DNA of 46,476 nt, taken from positions 1 through 46,476 of the forward strand of contig JAPUGG010000226.1 of assembly GCA_027292975.1 (NCBI GenBank), written 5' to 3'. The notes below the pieces were generated by a model. It was not told the DNA's origin. It searched no databases and saw only the letters and a list, made by a program, of their open reading frames with translations. The position numbers and the translations under genes are program-made. The stretch comes from Alphaproteobacteria bacterium. GTDB lineage: Bacteria; Pseudomonadota; Alphaproteobacteria; SMXQ01. Position 1 is the stretch's first letter, and each line of letters begins with the position of its first letter. This document shows, in pieces, positions 19,431 through 26,858 of this stretch.

Positions 19431-20552
19431 GTGAAATTGGCGAAATTCCATATCAGAGACTATTTTAGCGTCACCCGGGCAAGGGACGATACGCCGCGCA
19501 CATGGTGGCGCTTGGAAGATTTGGACGCCAAGGTCTTTCGCGCATCGGTCCCGGCCGTGGCGGCGCGCGCCGCGTCCATCGCCCTCTTCGTGCTGGGGAC
19601 GGGGCTGGTGGCGGCATTGATCTGGACCGAGACTGCGGATCGTGGCGGCGATGGACCATCGCCACTGGTGGCCGGGGTGCAAGGCGCCGCCAATTCGGCT
19701 GCGGCTAAGTCCTGGGCCGAGCTGGGGATCAAGCCCCAGGGGGTAATCGTCGTTTCCGCCAGCGCCCATGAGCTGTACAAGGATTTCCGCAGGATCGGCT
19801 ACCGCCTCGAGGACGTGCGCAGGGGCGCCGGCGCGGTGCCTCGGGTCTTCGTCAAGGCGATGCCCAAGGATATCGGCAAGGTTTCATCGATCGCCACGCG
19901 CAAGGCGGTATTCATCAAGACCATGTTGCCTCTCGTCCTGCGCACCAATGAGGAGCTTCGCGCCATCCGGGCGAAAGTGCTGGCGTTGACCGCGCGCGAG
20001 GCGAAAGGTCAGGCGTTGGCGCCCGCGGAACGCTCTTGGCTCGCCGCCCAGTACGGCCGTTTCGGCGTTTCCCGAAACGACCGCGCGGGCTTACTGCTGC
20101 GGGTCGACGTGATCCCGCCCTCCTTGGCCCTTGCCCAGGGCGCCGAGGAAAGCGGCTGGGGCTCATCCCGTTTCGCCCTCGAGGGCCGGGCGCTTTTCGG
20201 ACAGAGGACCTACGCCCAATCGCCGGGGCTTGTTCCGGTAAACCGTGCCGCCGGCGCGCGTTTCAAGATCAAGAGTTTCGGGCATCTGCTGGATGGCGTG
20301 TGGTCTTACGCGCAGAATTTGAACACCCATCCCGCCTATGCCCGCTTCCGGGCGCTTCGTGCCCGAATGCGGGACCAAGCCGGGGGCCCCCACGGGCTTG
20401 ATGCCTACAGGTTGGTCGAAGCGCTGGACATTTATTCGGAGCGTGGCGCCGATTACGTGGAAACCATCAAGACGATCATCCGGGTGAACGATCTCCGGGC
20501 GCTCGACAGGGCCCGGTTCAGCCGCGCGCTAGGCGGTGTTGACCCGGCGTGA
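19431..20552 (+). CDS. Bax-type glucosaminidase-domain protein (membrane anchored)
   Basis: C-terminal LAQGAEESGWGSSRFALEGRALFGQ matches the mannosyl-glycoprotein endo-beta-N-acetylglucosaminidase / Bax motif. There is an N-terminal TM helix (AASIALFVLGTGLVAALIW). The ORF 5' end overlaps the NifU gene, so the true start is a non-ATG codon after 19356 (TTG 19395, GTG 19431 or TTG 19437). The start is uncertain. Confidence 0.75.
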   Translation: MKLAKFHIRDYFSVTRARDDTPRTWWRLEDLDAKVFRASVPAVAARAASIALFVLGTGLVAALIWTETADRGGDGPSPLVAGVQGAANSAAAKSWAELGIKPQGVIVVSASAHELYKDFRRIGYRLEDVRRGAGAVPRVFVKAMPKDIGKVSSIATRKAVFIKTMLPLVLRTNEELRAIRAKVLALTAREAKGQALAPAERSWLAAQYGRFGVSRNDRAGLLLRVDVIPPSLALAQGAEESGWGSSRFALEGRALFGQRTYAQSPGLVPVNRAAGARFKIKSFGHLLDGVWSYAQNLNTHPAYARFRALRARMRDQAGGPHGLDAYRLVEALDIYSERGADYVETIKTIIRVNDLRALDRARFSRALGGVDPA

Positions 20553-20616
20553 AGGGCGCGCGCCATCGGCGGCCCTTATGCTTGCCCTTGATGCAATGAG
20601 CCCTCCAGTGGGGGGT

Positions 20617-21699
20617 TCATTTTTTTATCACGAAGAATTGGTAACTGAGCCAGCGCCAACGCCCCCCGCCGGCCGGCAGGGTACAGTTGATCCGCGTCCG
20701 GCCCGGCTTCAAGGCCCGGGGAGGGCGGACCTCGATACGCCGTTGGCCGAGGCGCTGGAGCGCCAGTTTTCCATGCACCGAGGAATAACAGGCAAGCGAC
20801 CGGAGCCCGCGAATTCCCTTGCCGACGGTGAAGCCGAAGGCCGGTGGATTGGGGCCAAGGGTCGGGTCCCGGGGGGTGATATCGGTGGCATGAAGAGGCA
20901 GCGCGTTGGCGGCCAACCGGAAGCGGGCGAGCGCCCCGTAGCGCTCGTTCATGGTGAAGCGGGGCAAGTAGAAGAAGTCGGACTTGCCGTGCGCCACCCC
21001 CGAATGTTGGCCGAAGGACGCCATGTAACCCGCCGCTCGCGCCGCCGCCATGACCACGCGGCTGGCTTCCCCGTAAGGGTAGGCGAAAAGCCGGGGTTTG
21101 AAGCCCAGCTCTTTTTCGAAACGCTGGTTGGATTTGGCGAGCTCCCCTTTGATCGCGCCGGCGCTCAGCATCGGCAGATGGGCATGGCTTACACTGTGGG
21201 CGCCGATGGTGACCCCGGCGCGCGCCATTTCCCGGATCTGGTCCCAGTTCATGTAATCCTTGCCGCCCCGGTCGACCGCACCGGTGGCGATGAACAGCGT
21301 GAACGAAAGCCCCGCCTTGCGCAGCCGTGGCCAAGCCTGGCGATACACCGACAGAAAGGCATCGTCGATGCTTAGTCCAATGGTCCTGTCGGGCAAGGGC
21401 CGGCCCGCCTTGAGGGCGCCGATGATGTCGGCCACCGGGCGCACCGCGTATTTGCCGGTGGCGAGTTCCTCCAGATGGGCCTCGAACTGGTCGATCCGGA
21501 TATTGGTGGAGGGCCAGGCGTGTTCCCCGAAACGATGATACATCATCACCACCGCAGAGGCCGGTTCACGCGGCCGCTCCCGGGCAGTTTGTTGCGCGGC
21601 TCCGGGGCCCGGCGACGTCACCAGGGCAAGCCCAAGGGCGACGATGGTCGAGGCATGCGCCACCGGGCGGGCTTTGAATCCGGGGCCGGTACTGGACAT
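20617..21699 (-). CDS. Polysaccharide deacetylase (NodB-homology) family protein, secreted
   Basis: ORF trimmed to ATG 21699, with AAGG upstream. It has a signal peptide, followed by MYHRFG...LSIDDAF...NodB-type motifs. Confidence 0.85.
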   Translation of the reverse strand: MSSTGPGFKARPVAHASTIVALGLALVTSPGPGAAQQTARERPREPASAVVMMYHRFGEHAWPSTNIRIDQFEAHLEELATGKYAVRPVADIIGALKAGRPLPDRTIGLSIDDAFLSVYRQAWPRLRKAGLSFTLFIATGAVDRGGKDYMNWDQIREMARAGVTIGAHSVSHAHLPMLSAGAIKGELAKSNQRFEKELGFKPRLFAYPYGEASRVVMAAARAAGYMASFGQHSGVAHGKSDFFYLPRFTMNERYGALARFRLAANALPLHATDITPRDPTLGPNPPAFGFTVGKGIRGLRSLACYSSVHGKLALQRLGQRRIEVRPPRALKPGRTRINCTLPAGGGRWRWLSYQFFVIKK

Positions 21700-21708
21700 G
21701 GGGAACCT

Positions 21709-21760
21709 TCTAGAGCATTTTCCCGCCAAATTGAACCATTCGACCGGAAAGTGCTCTAGA
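21709..21760. repeat. Inverted pair of the CCGGAAAATGCTCTAGA word (17-nt arms, 18-nt spacer)
   Basis: 21709-21725 TCTAGAGCATTTTCCCG and 21744-21760 CCGGAAAGTGCTCTAGA are reverse complements apart from 2 mismatches. They lie between the ddpX stop and the deacetylase start. Confidence 0.8.
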
Positions 21761-21808
21761 TCTCACAGGCCCATCGATTATGGCCGGTCGAGGGGTTGAG
21801 GCAAGAAC

Positions 21809-22423
21809 TCATGGGTTTTTCTGCTGGCGATCCTCTCCGTCGGGCGGCATCATGGTCCGATCCAGCTGGCGATCGCTGATCAGCGGGTAGCGGCGCGAAT
21901 CGAACATCTGGTAATGCCACCACTCATTACGGTAAAAATCCCAGCCTGCGGTGGTCATTAGGCCGAGCAAAATGTGGCGGTTGACCTGTGCACGGCGCGG
22001 GATCTCCCGGTTGCCGTGGTGCGCGAGAGGCGTAAAGTCATCGAACCCGGTGCCCATCTCGAGCGGCGCGCCCGTCTCGTCCACCAGGGTGAGGTCCACC
22101 GCGACGCCGCGGGAATGGGGCGAACCGCGCCGGGGGTCGGCAAGGAAATCAGGGTCCGGAGTATGGTTCCACAACACCCGTTGCGCTTCGGTCGGGCGAA
22201 AGCCGTCGAAGATCAGCAAGCGCAAGCCGATATCGCCGGCCAACGCGATGGCCCGGAGCAGCGCCGCCGCCGCGTCGTGATGCAGATAGCACGCCGGCCG
22301 GCCATAGACCGGCGCACCGGTGAAATTATTGTCTCCGGCATAGGCGATTTCGAAATCGATGTCGAAGCGGGGCGACGTAATTTCGGCCAAGCGGGGGCTG
22401 GTGTCGGATGTCGGTTGGGCCAT
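21809..22423 (-). CDS. ddpX: D-alanyl-D-alanine dipeptidase (VanX/DdpX family)
   Basis: Only the 3' 204 codons of ORF 21809..23101 are credible, starting at ATG 22423. SPHSRGVAVDL and NEWWHY motifs of the VanX-type zinc dipeptidase are present. Confidence 0.88.
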   Translation of the reverse strand: MAQPTSDTSPRLAEITSPRFDIDFEIAYAGDNNFTGAPVYGRPACYLHHDAAAALLRAIALAGDIGLRLLIFDGFRPTEAQRVLWNHTPDPDFLADPRRGSPHSRGVAVDLTLVDETGAPLEMGTGFDDFTPLAHHGNREIPRRAQVNRHILLGLMTTAGWDFYRNEWWHYQMFDSRRYPLISDRQLDRTMMPPDGEDRQQKNP

Positions 22424-22483
22424 GGCGGGCTTCAGTCTAACATGGGGGCACGGGCGGTTCGACGTTTGGGAGGGAGATAAGCG

Positions 22484-23194
22484 GTGAATGTTCTCGGGCT
22501 CGATACCGCGACGACTGGGTGCTCGGCAGCCGTTTGGTCGGCGGGCGGCATCGTCGCGCACAGGTTCGAGGAGATGGACCGCGGTCAGGCGGAAAGGCTC
22601 AATCCCATGATCGGCGAGGTCATGGCGGATTCCGGGCTGGCCTTTGGTGACCTCGAGACCATCGCCGTAACCGTCGGCCCGGGCGCTTTCACGGGCCTGC
22701 GCATCGGCCTGGCCGCGGCCCGCGCGATCGGTTTGGCGGCGCCGGCGGCGGTGGTCGGCATCACCACCTTTGCGGCCTTGGCCCGCGCCGTTCCCGAAAG
22801 CGAGGGCGCGGGGCGCACGCTCCTGGTGGCGGTTAACGGCAAGCGCAAGGATGTCTTCATCCAGATTTTCGATGCCCAACGGCGGCCCGTGGGCGCGCCG
22901 GGCTCGCTGGATCCGGGCACGGTGCCGGGTGCGCTGCCGGCGGGGCCCTTGCTGATCGCGGGGGACGGCGGCCCGGTGCTGAGGGCGGCGTTGGCGGACT
23001 GCGCGGAAGCCGGTGACGGGGCCGGGGCGCGCATCCGGTTTTCTTCCGCCATGGGCCCACCCGACGCCGCCCAGGTGGCGGCGTCGGCAGCGGAATCCCA
23101 TTCCGGCCGACCGCTGTCGGCGGCCCTGCCGCCCAGGCCGCTTTATATCCGGCCCCCCGATGCCCGGCTCCCCGGTGCGGGGGCAAGGTCTTGA
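22484..23194 (+). CDS. tsaB: tRNA threonylcarbamoyladenosine (t6A) biosynthesis protein TsaB
   Basis: GTG start with GGAGGGAG upstream. MNVLGLDTAT... and GPGAFTGLRIG motifs. Followed by rimI with a TTGA overlap, the classical tsaB-rimI pair. Confidence 0.92.
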   Translation: MNVLGLDTATTGCSAAVWSAGGIVAHRFEEMDRGQAERLNPMIGEVMADSGLAFGDLETIAVTVGPGAFTGLRIGLAAARAIGLAAPAAVVGITTFAALARAVPESEGAGRTLLVAVNGKRKDVFIQIFDAQRRPVGAPGSLDPGTVPGALPAGPLLIAGDGGPVLRAALADCAEAGDGAGARIRFSSAMGPPDAAQVAASAAESHSGRPLSAALPPRPLYIRPPDARLPGAGARS

Positions 23195-23697
23195 AGGCGC
23201 TTTCCCATCCCGACGGCATCGCGGTCATCGCCGCGAGTGGCGTCCATGGCCCGGCCATCGCCCGGTTGCACAAGTGCTGCTTCGATGAAGCCTGGAGCAT
23301 CTTTACCGTGCGTCAGGTCCTCGCCATGCCCGGCGCCTTCGGTTTGCTGGCGGTGGAAGAAGGGGGGCCGCGCACCGGCGGCGTCAGCGGCGGCGATTTG
23401 CTGGGTTTCGCGCTGGGGCGCAGCGCGGCCGGGGAATGCGAGCTCCTGTCCCTTGCCGTCACCATTGGCGAAAGGGGCCGGGGCATCGGCGGTGCGCTGT
23501 TGGCGGCGGCCATGGACCGCGCCCGACGGGACCAAGTGTCGCGCCTGTTTCTCGAAGTGGCCGAAGACAATGCCATCGCCCGGCGCCTCTACCGTAATTT
23601 CGGATTCCGGCCGGTGGGACGGCGGCCCCGGTATTACCGGCGCCCCCAGGGGGTGGCCGCGGCGGCGCTCACCTATTCGGTGTCGTTGGAAGACTGA
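23191..23697 (+). CDS. rimI: Ribosomal-protein-alanine N-acetyltransferase RimI (GNAT)
   Basis: 168-aa GNAT fold with an acetyl-CoA loop (RGRGIGGALL). TTG start overlaps the tsaB stop. Confidence 0.85.
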   Translation: MKALSHPDGIAVIAASGVHGPAIARLHKCCFDEAWSIFTVRQVLAMPGAFGLLAVEEGGPRTGGVSGGDLLGFALGRSAAGECELLSLAVTIGERGRGIGGALLAAAMDRARRDQVSRLFLEVAEDNAIARRLYRNFGFRPVGRRPRYYRRPQGVAAAALTYSVSLED

Positions 23698-23945
23698 TCG
23701 GCGGATTTTCGCAAGGTGAGGATGTGCACGTCGTCTTGGCCGGAGGCGCTGGAAACCGCAGGTTCCAGACTAATCACCTGGTGCCCGTGCTCGCGCACCG
23801 ACCGCGGCACGTTGCCAAGCGGCTCGGCGCCCTTGAGGCGGACCACGGCGAGTTCGCCCGGCACCATACTTTCGATCAAAATTTTGGTTTTGACGAAGGT
23901 AAGTGGACACGTGTCGCCGGTTATATCGAGGTAGTGCTTAACCAT
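23673..23945 (-). CDS. TusA/SirA-like sulfurtransferase family protein
   Basis: ORF trimmed to ATG 23945, with GAGGA upstream. LDITGDTCPLTFVKTK matches the TusA active-site Cys region. The 3' end overlaps the rimI 3' end by 25 nt (convergent genes). Confidence 0.75.
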   Translation of the reverse strand: MVKHYLDITGDTCPLTFVKTKILIESMVPGELAVVRLKGAEPLGNVPRSVREHGHQVISLEPAVSSASGQDDVHILTLRKSADQSSNDTE

Positions 23946-23965
23946 ATTCCTCGGCAATTAAAAAG

Positions 23966-23994
23966 TTGAAGTATTTTTTCATTACAATTATATT
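23966..23994 (+). promoter_or_regulatory. Sigma70-like promoter for mucR (TTGAAG-N17-TATATT)
   Basis: -35 TTGAAG at 23966-23971, a 17-nt spacer, and -10 TATATT at 23989-23994, in a very AT-rich divergent gap. A TATAAT on the minus strand (23992-23987) overlaps it and could serve the TusA-like gene. Confidence 0.55.
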
Positions 23995-24043
23995 CTTGCC
24001 ACTATTTTCTCACGCCACTTTTTTCTAAGGGAGAGTAATGTAA

Positions 24044-24457
24044 ATGGCGGACCCAAAAGAAACAAACGACCTTCTCGAACTGACGACCGAAATCGTGTCG
24101 TCTCACGTAGCCAATAATCCGGTGGCGATTCAAGATATTCCTGATCTGATCCGCCAGGTGTACGGCACGCTCACGACCATCGATCAAGGCCCCTCTGCAC
24201 AGGCCGACCGGCCCCAGCCGGCGGTTCCCATCAAGCGGTCGATAACGCCCGATCATATCATCTGTTTGGAGGATGGTAGAAAGCTTAAGATGCTGAAGCG
24301 GCATTTGAAAACCGCCTACAATATGACCCCCGAAGACTATCGCGAGCGCTGGGGCCTGCCGGCGGACTATCCCATGGTCGCACCAAATTACGCGAAGCAG
24401 CGTTCCAACCTGGCGAAAAAAATCGGCCTCGGCAGGAAGCCCAGGCGCAGGGGTTAA
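24044..24457 (+). CDS. mucR: MucR/Ros family transcriptional regulator (variant lacking most zinc ligands)
   Basis: 137 aa. ...PAVPIKRSITPDHIICLEDGRKLKMLKRHLKTAYNMTPEDYRERWGLPADYPMVAPNYA... aligns by eye with Ros/MucR. AAGGGAG RBS upstream. Confidence 0.93.
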   Translation: MADPKETNDLLELTTEIVSSHVANNPVAIQDIPDLIRQVYGTLTTIDQGPSAQADRPQPAVPIKRSITPDHIICLEDGRKLKMLKRHLKTAYNMTPEDYRERWGLPADYPMVAPNYAKQRSNLAKKIGLGRKPRRRG

Positions 24458-24482
24458 CGGCGGAAGGCCCCCTGAATTTTTT
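24448..24482 (+). terminator. Putative intrinsic terminator of mucR
   Basis: A 6-bp stem, CAGGGG (24448-24453) pairing with CCCCTG (24469-24474), has a 15-nt loop and is followed by AATTTTTT. It overlaps the mucR stop codon. Confidence 0.4.
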
Positions 24483-24677
24483 CAAGCGTCGAGGCGCCGC
24501 CGTCCCGGTTGAAAGGATCAAAGGCGGTGGGGATGCCATTGGGAGGCGTTCAATCTTTCTAACCGGGGATGGCCATCGGCTATTCCCGTTGGAAGGACTG
24601 TTCTCTATGATTGTCTGGAATTCACGGAGGAACATTGAAGTGGGCGCTTGCCAAATCGCCGGATAAGCGGAAACGCC

Positions 24678-25088
24678 ATGTCACCCCTGGAGCAGGCTTG
24701 CATCGATAAAGGCATGAAGATGACCGAGCAGCGTCGGGTGATCGCCCGGGTGCTGTCCGATGCGCTCGATCACCCCGACGTGGAGGCGGTCCATCGCCGT
24801 GCCTTCGCGATCGATCCCCGGATCAGCATCTCCACGGTGTACCGGACGGTCCGCCTGTTCGAAGAGGCCAACATCATCACCCGCCACCGGTTCCGTGACG
24901 GAAGGTCCCGCTACGAACAACGCTCGGAAGACCACCACGATCACATCATCAATATCCGGACCGGGGAGGTGCTGGAGTTTCACAACGAGGAAATCGAGGC
25001 GTTACAGTGCGCGCTGGCGGATGAGATGGGGCTCGACCTGGTGGGACATAGAATGGAATTATTCTGTGTTCCAAAGGAAAGCGAATAG
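24678..25088 (+). CDS. fur: Fur-family metalloregulator (ferric uptake regulator type without CxxC pairs)
   Basis: ORF trimmed to ATG 24678. CIDKGMKMTEQRRVIARVL, ISISTVYRTVRLFEE (winged helix) and EDHHDHIIN metal-site motifs. Very similar, from memory, to Rhodospirillaceae Fur proteins. Confidence 0.88.
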   Translation: MSPLEQACIDKGMKMTEQRRVIARVLSDALDHPDVEAVHRRAFAIDPRISISTVYRTVRLFEEANIITRHRFRDGRSRYEQRSEDHHDHIINIRTGEVLEFHNEEIEALQCALADEMGLDLVGHRMELFCVPKESE

Positions 25089-25133
25089 TCGCGCCCGACT
25101 GTGCCATGGCGGGGCAACAGGGATAGGTGAACC

Positions 25134-25964
25134 TTGGCAACGGAAACGATCGGTCCACCTCAGGCGTTGATGGACGGGCTCCGGGCGGGGGATCTGGAGG
25201 TGCGTCTGGCGCAGTCCAATGGCGAAATTATCGCTTCCCAGAATTTGCGTTACCGGGTGTTCTACGAGGAAATGGCGGCCCATCCGACCGAGCAGATGGC
25301 GCGCGAGAAAAGGGATTTCGATGGCTTCGATCCCCTTTGCGACCATCTTCTGGTGTTCGACCATTCCCGGGGCGACGATCCCCGGGACGCGGTGGTGGGC
25401 ACCTATCGGCTGATCCGCCGCGTCGCCGTCGCCCGTCACGGAGGGTTCTATACCGCCAACGAATACGAAATCGACAAGATCGCGGCCCTGGACGGGGAGA
25501 TTCTAGAGCTCGGGCGCTCCTGTGTGGGACGCGATCACCGCAACCGTCCGACCATGCAGATCATGTGGCGTGGCATTGCCGCTTATGTCGACCACTACGA
25601 CATTCAGATGATGTTCGGCTGCGCCAGCCTGCCCGGCACCGATATCGACACCCTCGCCGAACCACTGTCCTACCTGCATCATTTTCACCTGGCGCCGGAA
25701 ATGTACCGGCCCCGGGCGCTGGCCTCGCGCTACGTATCCATGGACCTGATGCCCGCCGATGCCATCGACAAGCGCGCGACCTTGTCCAACCTGCCGCCGC
25801 TGATCAAAGGCTATCTCCGTATCGGCGGCTTCATCGGCGATGGGGCGGTGGTCGACGAACAGTTCAACACCACCGATGTCTGCGTGCTGGTCAAGACCGA
25901 TCTGGTGACCGAAAAATACATCCGCCATTTCGAGCGTACCAACCACGACACGGGGGCCAACTGA
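25134..25964 (+). CDS. olsB: Ornithine-lipid N-acyltransferase OlsB (GNAT, Acetyltransf_5)
   Basis: 276 aa. LEVRLAQ...QNLRYRVFYEEM...DGFDPLCDHLLVFD...VGTYRLI...ELGRSCV...MFGCASLPGT pattern of OlsB. TTG start (alternative ATG 25170). Followed by an acyltransferase gene. Confidence 0.88.
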   Translation: MATETIGPPQALMDGLRAGDLEVRLAQSNGEIIASQNLRYRVFYEEMAAHPTEQMAREKRDFDGFDPLCDHLLVFDHSRGDDPRDAVVGTYRLIRRVAVARHGGFYTANEYEIDKIAALDGEILELGRSCVGRDHRNRPTMQIMWRGIAAYVDHYDIQMMFGCASLPGTDIDTLAEPLSYLHHFHLAPEMYRPRALASRYVSMDLMPADAIDKRATLSNLPPLIKGYLRIGGFIGDGAVVDEQFNTTDVCVLVKTDLVTEKYIRHFERTNHDTGAN

Positions 25965-26011
25965 TTCCCCAAGGATCGATCCTGAGGGGCGCCGCACGCC
26001 TCATCGCTTAT

Positions 26012-26752
26012 TTGTTGCTCACCATGGCCTTGATGCCCGTGCAGGCGGTCGCCCTGGCCATGGGCGCCCCGTTGGCGGAACGCCTGCCGGCCACCTATCA
26101 CCGGATCGTCGCCCGCTTGCTGGGGTTCGACATCGTCGTGTCGGGCAAGATGGCGACGGACACGCCGGCGCTGTTCGTGGGCAACCACACCTCTTACCTC
26201 GATGCCATGGTCTTGGGGACGATCATCGAAGGCTGCTTCATCGCCAAGTCGGAAATCGCCGATTGGCCACTGATTGGCTGGCTGGCGAAATTACAGCGCA
26301 CGGTGTTCGTCGAGCGACGTTCGTCGCGCACGGCCCACCAGCGCGATGAAATCGGCGCCCGATTGGCGGCCGGGGATCGTTTAATCCTGTTCCCGGAAGG
26401 GACCTCCGACGATGGCGTCAAGGTGCTGCCGTTCAAAAGCGCGTTGTTCGCCGTTGCCGAGACGCCAGTGGACGGCGCGCCGCTCCTGGTGCAGCCGTTC
26501 TCCATCGCTTATACGGCGCTGGCCGGCCTTCCGGTGGGCCGGGAATGGCGCCCCCTGTTTGCCTGGTACGGCGACATGGAGATGGTGCCCCATGCGTGGC
26601 GCATTTTTACCTTCGCCACGGTGCGCGCCGAGGTGCGGTTTCATCAACCGGTCACCTTCGGCCAATTTGGTTCCCGCAAGGCGCTGGCCGAGCATTGCTT
26701 CGAGGTCGTCCGCCATGGCGTCGCCGAGGCCAATTCCGGGCGCCGATCTTGA
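26012..26752 (+). CDS. olsA: Lyso-ornithine lipid O-acyltransferase OlsA (PlsC-family acyltransferase)
   Basis: Only the 3' part of ORF 25127..26752 is credible. NHTSYLD (HX4D) and FPEGTS acyltransferase motifs are present. The start is uncertain; in-frame candidates are CTG 25961 and 25982, TTG 26012 and 26015, and ATG 26024. Confidence 0.82.
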   Translation: MLLTMALMPVQAVALAMGAPLAERLPATYHRIVARLLGFDIVVSGKMATDTPALFVGNHTSYLDAMVLGTIIEGCFIAKSEIADWPLIGWLAKLQRTVFVERRSSRTAHQRDEIGARLAAGDRLILFPEGTSDDGVKVLPFKSALFAVAETPVDGAPLLVQPFSIAYTALAGLPVGREWRPLFAWYGDMEMVPHAWRIFTFATVRAEVRFHQPVTFGQFGSRKALAEHCFEVVRHGVAEANSGRRS

Positions 26753-26858
26753 CTATTCGAGGGGTGATGTTACTTAAACACTGGTTCCCACCACCTGAAG
26801 GCGGAGCGCGGGCGTATTTGTGGCGTTCCGGCGTGATGCACGTTGAAACGTGGATTCG

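Noticed and set aside
22424-23101. 5' extension of the ddpX ORF, giving a 430-aa reading frame overlapping tsaB on the opposite strand.
   Set aside because: The extension is Arg/Gly/Pro-rich with no homology signal and overlaps the clearly real tsaB. The VanX-family domain begins at ATG 22423. Similar over-long 5' ends were trimmed for ORFs starting at 2439, 8941, 10403, 17893, 19254, 21729, 25127, 29268, 33161, 35998, 41370 and 42784.
24590-24625. TATGATTGTC and a TTTCTAA segment upstream of fur, considered as a Fur box or Irr ICE element.
   Set aside because: These match only about 7/10 of a partial Fur-box core, and only one ICE half-site is present. That is below what I would accept without a scoring matrix.
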